Positions 53,848 to 64,000 of a stretch of DNA of 64,000 nt are shown here, piece after piece. This stretch comes from Lepidodermella squamata (taxonomy: Eukaryota; Animalia; Gastrotricha). The DNA lies in contig JBLDXI010000036.1 of the NCBI GenBank assembly GCA_047495785.1, positions 682,001-746,000 on the forward strand. The letters are read 5' to 3'. Both the position numbers and the translations under genes were made by a program. The first letter of the stretch is position 1, and each line of letters begins with the position of its first letter. The notes below the pieces were generated by a model. The model saw only the letters and a program-made list of their open reading frames with translations. It had not been told where the DNA came from and ran no database searches.

Positions 53848-55053
53848 GTTTCGACCCTACGTATTGACGAAAAGGCAGTCAAAGGTCAAAGGGAAAGCCC
53901 AGCTGTTACCTGACGGATCCGGTCAGTGCGCGAAGTAGGATCCTAGGGGGCGAACTAGGGGTTATTTTCGGGCCCCAATTTTATGACCATAGGGTCCCCT
54001 GTGGTTTCCACACTTTGGCCTGCCGAATTGGGTGTACAATTCCCCCTCATCCTCCTTTCGTACTTCGCGCCCTGAATCCGGTAAATCCTTAGCGACCAAA
54101 TGTCAAAGCCCGATAAAACGAGTGAATGAAAGAGATTTCAAAGTTGTTCAAAGATGACATTGGAAATATGGCTGATTTGGAGAACTTGGATTTGTAATCA
54201 CTACTGGCAGATCAGCTCAGCTTTTATAATCGGAGAATCAATTTGGACCTGCACAATTCCTTCTTACACAAATATATTATCTCAATCTCATTACATTAGT
54301 ATTTAAATTTGAAAATCTTATCGGTTTCGATGGGCGGTCCTTCTATAGCAAGTGCTATTTTTGTTTTTATAATTAGCTAATTTCCTAAAAATAATTTAAT
54401 AATTTGCTATTTATAGCTAAAGCGCAAGGGACATCCTTTAAAATGCCCAAACCCGGGAAGAATTGTTATTATCCATTCAATATATAATTTTTCTTCCACG
54501 TGCTTCCAAGTAATTGCTCGTGGATTTTTTGTCGATCCTCCTCCTTTGTCTGGTAATTATTACTTTTGAAATAATAAGCTGAGTGCTGAGTGTTACTTCT
54601 GATTTTCATCGTCATACCGTAATAGAAAATGTTGTTAGTGTGTAGTGTGGTCATAATGATCACAGAACCCAAATTCTCGCACTCAGAATGCTCTCGTAGT
54701 GCATCTTTTGAATAAAGTCCTGATGAGCGTTGTCCTTTTAGACGGAGGTGTTCGCTTAGGAAAGGGACAGCGCGTGATCCCGGACAAAGTACGTGATGGC
54801 ATGCGTTTTTTTATAACCCGTCCAATTAACCTCTGCTATTACTTTAAAAGGCAACAAAAATAATCTTGGCTCGATACTCGTACCCTGATGATATGTCCGA
54901 ATTCCGAATCCCAAAATAGCTAAACGAGTTGGGCGTCAATTATAACCGTGAAATTAGGCTTCTCGGTATTAAGTGACCTGCATACAAACATTCCTCAAGC
55001 AATAAATAAAAGCGGAAATAATTTTGTTAACATCAGCGTTTTATAATCAAATA

Positions 55054-57316
55054 ATGAAAACAACCTTCTTTAAATTTGCGGCATTTCTCGCCGCTGTCAT
55101 CGCACATTCAGTCAATGGACAAAACACCAAGTTGGAGATGTTCTTCGGCACCACGATAATTCAAACTCTCGATCCCGCAAGCGACGTTTGCCCTTACGTT
55201 CAAAAGCTGATGTTCGACATTGTCAGCAAGCGGAACGACATATTACCCGGCTACGAGTTGGTCGCCTTCAACCAAGATGAAGGACCTGGGAGTGTTTCAC
55301 TAACTAAGCGCGTCATTGAGTTCTATAGACAACCAGCGGCGAACAAATCCGTTAAATCGCCCGTTGTTATTGCAGGAGGCTTCACTGCTGGATGCAAATC
55401 TCTGGCGCAAATTGCCCACCATTCCAATTTGGTCGCTATTGCCCCAGTTTGTCTCTCTCCCGCTTTCACCGCCAATCGGGCATTGTTTCCGAATTTATAT
55501 CGCATCCGTCCATCAGGCGAGTCACTATCACTGCCTAGGCTTAATTTCATCAATCGGTGGATGGCGAAAGATTGCGATACTAGCGAATGCCGGCTCTACG
55601 ATCGTCAACTTTCACGTTGCATCCTACTTTTACGATCTTGCTGTCAAAAATGGCCTGCAAGTAGTGCATTACGACGCTGCTTTCGACTTGAATGACGAAT
55701 TGGTTTGGGGCTTGAAGCAGTCAGGGGCAAGAGTGATAGTATATGAAATTTCCGATCCGCCTACTGCTATGCTTTTTCTTTGCAAATGCTTTAGTCTCGG
55801 CTTGACTGGGCCTCGGTACGTTTTCATCATGGGTGGTAACGCTTATGGGGATTTAAGTACAACTCCTGACGTTGTCGATCAGGATTGTACCAAGGCCACT
55901 GTCCTGCAACAGTATAAATCTACAGTTTTCATTGGATCGCTAGGTTCAAGTTTTGGCGTTGAAAACACGGATAAAACCAGTCTTGGCTATGATGCGAAGC
56001 AGTTTGACGAAATGCTAGACAAGGTAGTTCCTCAAGCGAAAAACCTGTCCAACTACGGCAAACGTTTCCTCTGCCACGATCAGTACCTTCAAGCTATCCT
56101 AACGCTGGACGGGGCTGAGAAGATTCTGAAGACGAAAAATATCTCCCTTAAGGATTACAGTAACCAGCCGGAGATGGTGATGGACGCTGCGAATAAAAGT
56201 GCTGCATCTATCAGATTCATCGGCTTTAGACATGGCGTTATCGAGTATTCAACTAGACTGGAAATGGATTCAGAGCCTCAGTACATAGTCCAGTGGATCC
56301 CAGAGGAAAATATGGCACGGATCAACTACGAAATGACTCTTCTGCCGAACAAAACAAACGTCAGTGACATCTCGAGTTTCGCTATTCGCAGTTATGAACC
56401 TTTCGTCTGGTACACGGAGAATCAGCAACCCCCAACTGATTGGCCTGGAGAGGAAATCAGCGTGATCCATGTCCCAGATGCTTTCCTTATATTTACCTGC
56501 GTCTCTAGTGGAGTAGTAACCTTTTGGCAACTGCTAGCTCTGATCGCGAAAATTGAATTTCGCAGGATTGTGTTTTTTCATGCATGCATGTTACTCAACG
56601 CAGCGTCAATCCTTTTCGCGCTGAATGTTCATTCTGCAGCGGTTTGTAATGCCAAGTACATTTTCCTGGTCATTGGAGCAACCTTCGTGCATTTGGTTCT
56701 CTATCGAAAGTTGGCATCACAAGTGACGACAAAGCGTCGAGCTACTATATTCTCGTACGACTTTCGAACGATGGTAATCCCTAAGCTATCGGCTAGGGTG
56801 GTGGAGAGAGGGTCTAAGCGGTTGCAATTAATGTTCGCTAATGTTGCACCCATAATTGTCCTATTCATAGGTTTATCAATATTGGCTGCATGGCTCGTCG
56901 AAAATCCTATGGAGTCACGCATCAAGATCTTCTTCAGTGAGTACGTTGTAGAACGTGACATCTTTCGCCATGTCTATATCTAAATATGCGAGGGTAGTGG
57001 CGCAACGGACTTGAATTTCATGATGGCGTTAGCAGCTGTTGACCTTGTTCCGGCGGGCGCTGCTGTGCTATTATCAATAGCCATAGCTAAGGTCGAATTA
57101 CCGGAGATCAAGCGTTATCGCATGGCCTCCCTCATCAACTTGCCCTTAGTCATTGGGGCGATTTTCATGGTTGTAGCATCGACCAACTACCATGTAACCC
57201 AGCAAATTGTTGCATCTCTCGCATGTTTGAGTATTTCAGGTCTGACCAGTGGCTTCGTACTTTTCTCAGATAAAGCTGCAGCGGTTGCACGTCGATCGAT
57301 AGAATTTTTTAAGTGA
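55054..57316 (+). pseudogene. GABA-B-like class C GPCR (copy 6) with a ~5-nt frameshift deletion near 55553 and a nonsense codon at 56981-56983
   Basis: atcaa|tcggt replaces the paralogue sequence atcaaaaacctcggt; HVYI-TAA replaces HVYIE. Confidence 0.88.
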
Positions 57317-57674
57317 AATGTGATGGAAGTTTTGTCAAAATAAAGCTTCACCGGACGGTTTTTAGGAAGCTCACACAGAGCGGCCAACCTTAGGGCAATA
57401 AAGTGCGAAGTGCCACCTCACGCAGAAGTACACATTTGTAACTTTTATTTTTAGCCTGACGAAATTGCAATGGAATAGAAATATGTAACTGTTTTTTTAA
57501 TTGAAGGCTTAGCAACCCGTCGTTCAAGTTCATGAGTTCAACGTTGTTTTTCCTAAAAATGTGTTGTTGTTTTGAAAAGCAGATCCCGCACGTGCCTCGA
57601 GCCAGGCGAGGAACGCGTGATTTTTAAAAACGTTTAAGAAATTTTTCAAGCACTCATTTTCACATAAAGCAGCA

Positions 57675-60600
57675 ATGAAAACCATCAACTCGATAATTCT
57701 TTTGATTTTGTTCGCGTTCAATGGCCAAGCATCTGGTCAAGTCTTTAAGCGATGTTTCCAGGTGACCAACAATGCATTTACGTCGTGCCGCGATAACAGC
57801 CCAACCTGTGATCCTATTACCGAGTATCAGGTATTTTTATGGACTAATTATTTGAGTGAATCCCAGCTTTCCATTGAGAGGAAACTTCGATTTTCCAAAT
57901 GAATTTTTTTTTAATCTAGTGGGGTCCTTTGTTCGATGATGTAACGACGTGCCGCTTAGGGGTAAGAATAAATACGATGTCCATCTCAGCTCTATTTATG
58001 TTTCAAATAGAATGCTAAAATGTGCTACAAATACGGCGCATTAACAACTCGATGCAATCCTGGCCTTGGCAACTGCAAATTAACTGGTGAACCAGCTGCA
58101 GACAGAGAAATAGAAGTAAATTCCCAGCTCAATAATTTCACATTTTCTTCAATTAATATTTAATTTTTAATCAATTTCAGCTCAGCTGGTATAGGAATAC
58201 CACACTGAAGGATAGCTTGGCCGCTTGCAATAGCGCTAGATCGAAATTCGCGGTACTGCCGAAAATTGCCCAATTTTGAAATGACCATTGGCCAATATAT
58301 TTGTAAATTCACAGAATCAAGCTTTCAAACGATGCACAGACAACGGATCGGTGAAAACATGCGTTCCGGCCAATGTTACCTGCCCTGAGAACTGGGTTTG
58401 AGCAAAAAATTCTCAACATACTGGTCATTTTATTTGTTTATTTGGTGTTTGTAGCTCGAAAGTGGCCCATTCGATAATTTAAGCCTCTGCATCGCTGGGA
58501 CTTCGCGTAAGATTGTGAATTTATTGAATGAGCTATGTTCCTCACGCTCGGTAATAGTTCAAGTTCCAGACAGCGAGAAACCTCACGTCAGGTGCTTCAG
58601 CTCGTCAAACGAAAGCTTCATCGACTGCCGCCTCGCGACAACTGGCTGCCAGGCTGGGTCTGAAACACGAGAATTTTCGTCTGCGACGTTCACCAACAGA
58701 GCAAACTGCATAATAGGGGTAAAAATCAAATTGATTCAATACATTATCTGAGTTTGATTTTTTAAATAAATTACCAAATCAAATTATCAAATTATCGTAA
58801 ACTAAATTCCGAATTATGAAATATTAGTTTATTAATCTCCGATTTTCTTTGCATTTGCCCTTGATAGAGAGCCATCCAATGTGTCACAAACAAGGGCAAG
58901 CAGTGCTATGGAGCTTTTCCGAGTGGTACCCGGGTGAGCGAGCTATTTAACCAGATGTTAACGGATTTGTAACGTTGTTATTTCATGCCAGATTAAAGTG
59001 TATGGCAACTCAACGAAGTTCAAGGAAAATCATGACGCCTGCAAGCGCGAGACAGCAGAGATGCCGGTAAGTTAAAAAAAAATATTATTACATTCGGAAT
59101 TTTGTCTAAATTATCAAAAGAGAAAGATTTTACTTTGGAATATAGCAATTCACTTTGAAAAATCATCATAAATAGTGTTTTTTGCCGTATTTGCCAAAAT
59201 GCCCAGGGATTTTATGCAAAAAATGAGCGAACGACGAGGGAAATTTTGGAGATTTTACACTAAAACATGTCCGAAATCTAGATAGTGAGAATAGTTAAAT
59301 TTTTCATCTTGTTGTTTAAGGATTTTCAAGTCTAATGTATTTCCAGTACAAGCTTTGCACGAATGAGCTCCTGATGTCAGCTGTTTGCGTTTCGGTAGCG
59401 GAAAACTGCCCGCAGAATTTGGTGACCAGAATTGTCTTAATCTTTGTTCTTTATATATGCCATAATTTTACATTTAGACACAAGCCAATGGCACCACGTA
59501 CGCCACCTTGGACGAGTGCAATCAGCGTGCGTTCAATTGATGAATTCTCCATTTTCTTATAGGATAACTTTCTTCTCCTTATAGTGACTCCTTTCGGATT
59601 ACCCCGAAATACGGCTTTCTTCCCCCTCACGCAGGAATACGGCATCCGCGATATCAGCGGCAATGGCATTGAATCAGCGATAGTTGGTGGCCAATCGCCC
59701 TCGTTCGTAACTGGGCCATTCGACTATCCTAACGCAGCTCTGTCTGTCGGGAATTCAGCCGGCTATTTCGAAGTGGCCAGTAGCAAGCTCGTTCTTAACA
59801 GTTCTTTCACAATCTCTGTTTACGCCGGCTTCACGGATGCCCCTAATGCTTTCGTTCCTATCATTGAGTTCTACGACAGCGCGGCGCAATTGCGAATCTA
59901 TTATAATCCTGCGGCAAACACTGTGGCAAGATACAACGGTAAGAGTCATTCCCTTATCGAATCTATTCAATGATTCCGTACAATATGTTAACAGACAATG
60001 CGGATTCGATTGTCTCCCGCCAATGCAAGCCACTTTTTGGGGGATGGGTCTTTATCGCCGTTACTTACAATAAACCTGCTCAACGGCTATTCGTGCATTG
60101 TGACGGGTTCTATTTTCAGCAGTTTACTTATTCGGTCACTACGAGCAACAAAATCAAATTTGGGAGCAATTTCGCCGACAACGCCGGCCTTTCTGGCCAA
60201 ATATCGTGCGTGTCGATCTTTGATCAAGCTCTATCGCTCCAGCAATTGTGGATTGCGAGGAAGAAGTGTCTGCAAATTCACGCTGGCAAAACTTGGCAGC
60301 CCGAAGCATTGACCACCCTTCTTCCCTCGAACATAGCTATCTGGCCACTCGTGTCAGATTTCAACGATGTTGTAGATCCGAGAGCCGATGCCACGCCCCC
60401 TAACACGGGTTTGAACGGGTTTTTCGGGCCTTTTGGCGTAGAGAACACAGCGTTCCTCTACGCAACTGCAGATCCTATTGTGGTGACTGCTGACAAAGTC
60501 AAGCTGGCCGCCGGGAGTTTTACCATCGTAATTCTTCACTCACGCCCTGTGGCATCGAACAAGCCGATCCTCGAATTCGCCCCTGACGGATCAACGCTGG

Positions 60601-61019
60601 GACTTGAAGTTACATCTGACACATCCAGTTCTTTGAGCATCCGGCCGTATGGCCAAAATTCAACATCCATCGCCATTTCTGATATATCTGGCTGGCTGCA
60701 CCTCGCAGTAACGTTCGATGCGGACGGCGATAAGCTGAGTTTATATTCCGACGGTCAGGGTAGCTTTATCGGGAGTGGCTCGCGGCCCATCACGAATAGT
60801 GGCCAATTCATCATTGGGCGGTAAGTGTCTTGATAAATCATGACTACTTGATACATGCAACAAGTTGTTCGTTCTTACAACAGATCATGGGCCGATCCGC
60901 AGAATCAGTGGGGCCTGAGGCTGTCATGCCTGAATATTTTCAACCAAGTTCTCACTATGGGACAGCTGCGAATCGTCGAGATCAATTGCGCTGCTTTTCA
61001 AATTCCGAACATGCGCTGA
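57675..61019 (+). CDS. Multi-exon secreted protein with Cys-rich N-terminal modules and two LamG/concanavalin-A-like (pentraxin-like) domains
   Basis: Signal peptide MKTINSIILLILFAFNGQASG. Two repeats of GPF...SFTI...PI(I/L)EF...W(V/L)(F/H)(I/L)AVT(Y/F)...SC(V/L)xIF(D/N)QxL. Clear introns at 59939-59994 and 60821-60883; upstream exon structure only partly resolved. Confidence 0.7.
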
Positions 61020-61409
61020 AACGATAAGTTTCGAACCACAACAGTTCGAATCAGTTCAAATTGACTGTTGATCATATCAAATCGAATCTTTGTCATTAAA
61101 ATCTATTCATATTATAATTGTTATTTTCAGGCGAATTAGGACACGTTAAAGGAAATAAAATAGTGCCTCGGTATTTTCTCATCTTTTCTTATCGATTTAC
61201 GTAGGTTGGAAGCCATACGAGAGTGCCAAATTTTGATCTAGTCAAGGTCTACTTTTGTACAACGGGGACGTAGCAGTTCGTTCCTCCGGCATGGACCACT
61301 AATAGATGATAATAATTCCAACACAGCAAAACCAAAAGCACTCAGAGCAATCTCAAAACAATATATCTATAGCTTATCACACCACCTGTCAGAAAACCGA
61401 ATTTTCGCC

Positions 61410-62330
61410 TCAAAGGCTCACTGGGTAATTGTCAGCTTTCGCCTCGCGCAGGTAGTTGAAAAAGCCGAAATGCTGCTCGTACTCTTTGCTCATTGACGTA
61501 TCATCAGGGCGGCGGTCGTAGAAAGAGTACCAAAAGAGAGGACCTTCGCCAACAGTCGGTTCCCAGCTGGCGAAGGCCGAGTAGTTGTTAAGGGCACCAT
61601 TAAGGCTGGGTTGGACGCCCGAGGATGGCAGGTCTGAACCGCCACTCGGAAAACCAGTTTCAGTTAAGCGAGCCTAATTACAAAAATTAGAATTTAAAAT
61701 TACAAAAAATCATTAACAATTTCGAGAGAAAAGTATGAAATTTCTGGATTTTTCCGAAAATAATGAAAATAACTACGAAATTTGGGAAAATTTACCAAAA
61801 ATATATAAAATGTCGGGAGAAAAAGTATGAATGTTCCCAATTTTTCGAAAATAATGAAAATAACTACGATAACTACACTTAGAAAAATTGCCCCTTCTCG
61901 ATCAATTTTCTCGCCCTGTTTCGATCCATATTTCGCTACCATTTTATTCCAATTGTTTTGCAGCTGAATGAGAGGGTTGGAAGCGTTGTAGCTCGAGCTG
62001 AAATACGGATAGATATTGACCCCCAAAATGTCACAACCAGCCGCTAGTTTCGCCGTTTCACTCTCGATAGCCGTCGACATGTATTCGATTATACGCTGGA
62101 CCGTCCCAACGTTAACATCTCGGCCCGTAGCCGCTTTAACCGCGGTCTTGATACCATCGACCTTGGCCAGAATTTGATCAGCCGTGTATTTGCCATTTGG
62201 GGTTAGATTTTCGTTTCCGACCAGAATCTTGGAGGAATGAAGGAGTAGAAACTGACGGATTTAGCACTTACAAAGGAGCCTGCTGCCCGGGCACCCCTCA
62301 ATTATCGCCCTGGCAACGTTGACGCGATGC
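61410..62330 (-). pseudogene. Glycoside hydrolase family 17 (beta-1,3-glucanase/glucanosyltransferase) C-terminal two thirds, probably decayed
   Basis: ILVGNEN (acid/base Glu), CDILGVNIYPYF, RLTETGFPSGG (nucleophile Glu), FWYSFYDRRPDD...EQHFGFF. The upstream exon is out of phase and has a stop; the middle intron lacks a canonical donor at the expected place. Confidence 0.78.
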
Positions 62331-64000
62331 TAGCAACGAATCTCGCTCTAAAGCACACTCTCTGTCCTGAGACAAGGCTCATCTATTTCAGCAATAACTT
62401 CCTATAAACTCTTGAATACACGAGTATAATGAATGATAAGATCACGACGTCAATCGAGATTTCGAGGCGCTCGATTCTTGATATCGCCCCATCGCAGTTC
62501 GATTTCTGTTTGCTGCCGCTCGCTAGTGCTATCAGACAATAAGATTTACTATTAGACTGCCGAGATATAGATTATATCATAGTTTTGGTATAGCAATCGA
62601 CAATTATGAGTTAGCCGAGCAAAATGGGTCGCTTTTTGTCTCGATCGACGATACAGTTGCGCTCAAGTACTCTTGAGAGTGAAGCAGGAAGCGCGCGCGC
62701 TCACTAAAGTGTGTCATCTTTGACGCATTACTGCTACGCGCGCGTAACAGCTATTGTTATAAAACTAAATTCTCGACATTTGTCGTAATCAGGGCTATTC
62801 AACGATATCTGATTTATAGTTATATCGTTTTGATTTGGGTCTAAACAATTACCGGAAGGATGACATCATTTATTTTCAAGCGGGTAAAATTATCTCTGCA
62901 ACGCAAGGTCACATTGGAAAAAGACAAAATTCTCGTCAGACAGAATGACAAGGGCTACTCAAATAATTTTGTCCCACGTCAATAGCTTCTATAATATTTC
63001 GTAAACAAACCTAGATACGCCATAGGTTAATATAGGCGCGCGCTCACGTGACGCCTCATAATACGTATAATAATTAGAGAAGTACTAGCGCGCGCGCCCG
63101 GCCGCGCACGCCGCCCAACGATCAGATAGGCCTTTGTCGGCCGCACACAGTTTCTACAGGGTGTTCCCTTCGAAACCGAACATCCGCCGCGCGCGTTGGA
63201 AAATCGCGTGCTACCGCAAAATTTTATGCACAAAATTAAATATCCTTTTAATAATATTTTTATTTTATTATATTATTAATTTTTTTTAAATAAAAATTTT
63301 GTTGCTACGGAAAAGCGTGCTGCGCGATGCCGCGCGTTTTCGCGTTGTAGCCGCTCCGCGCACCGCAAGTTCCCCGGCGCGCAACTTCTGCCCCGTAATT
63401 CCGCATTTTATCACCGGTGACGACACCTTTGTTAGTGTTTTTCTGATAGCATTTCAAGCATTTAATATGGCAGCCGGCGTCTTTTTTTCTAAATATGGCT
63501 CAATTAGATGTAACCGCTAAGCCTAAACAAGCCTTTTTTGTGACGTTTTTCGCAGTTCTTGCGCGTTTAACCCCAGAAACTTTAACCTAAGTGCGGTAAT
63601 ACATTGCGTAAACAGTGTTTCTGAGTATAATTATGTATTCTCTACAAGATGACCACAGCCTTTCTTTTAGGATGATGGTTATTTTTAGCAAGCTTGCCCG
63701 AACAGCCAGTCGGTCTTTCAGAGTAAAGATCTCAATATCACCATGTTCAAGGTGGTCTATGGCTACAAATCACCCGTCAAAAACACTGCCTCTCGATGTT
63801 TTCTTGTAAAGCAGAGTAAATACTTCTTAGCTACCGTGACTTTTTGGGGGGTCACCGCGGTTTTTCACTTGCTGCTGCTATGGATGCATTCTGTCAAGAA
63901 AATGGAGTTTTTCGGGATATTCGGAACATTTATGATATTAGCAAACAATTCAGCGGTCAAATGGGCAATCAAATGAGTGAATCTACTCAGAGACATAGAT

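Noticed and set aside
52758-53938. Two near-identical ORFs MASKKLMNQLTIW...
   Set aside because: They are translations of the two TIR arms of a non-autonomous element.
63020-64000. GC-rich GCGCGC patches and short ORFs at the window end
   Set aside because: Probably part of a repeat running out of the window; no motif or boundary I can support.

Overview
Eukaryotic DNA, most likely from an invertebrate animal (short ~50-65 bp GT-AG introns, metazoan-type transposons; species not identifiable). The main feature is a complete ~22 kb endogenous Polinton/Maverick-type DNA virus at 8020-30006, with AGTAGT...ACTACT ends and a 6-bp TSD (CATAAC). It encodes pPolB, integrase, major and minor capsid proteins, an adenain-like protease, a packaging ATPase and core proteins. 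Four things make it unusual. (1) At least 21 spliceosomal introns, 16 of them in pPolB, all splicing into open frames. (2) TIRs built from telomere-oriented TTAGGG arrays that carry many E2F-like sites. (3) A TATA-binding-protein-like gene, currently split by a nested intact hAT transposon. (4) A small protein with two LxCxE motifs and a tandem PC4-like protein. A 5'-truncated RTE-type LINE sits in the left TIR. The virus is inserted in an array of six intronless GABA-B-like class C GPCR genes: two intact, two transposon-split, one frameshifted and one truncated. The array is interspersed with hAT, P-like, MULE and pogo-like elements. The right end holds a multi-exon secreted LamG-like gene and a decayed GH17 beta-1,3-glucanase that looks non-metazoan. 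All exon junctions, TSDs and family assignments come from manual reading and motif recognition; no searches were run.
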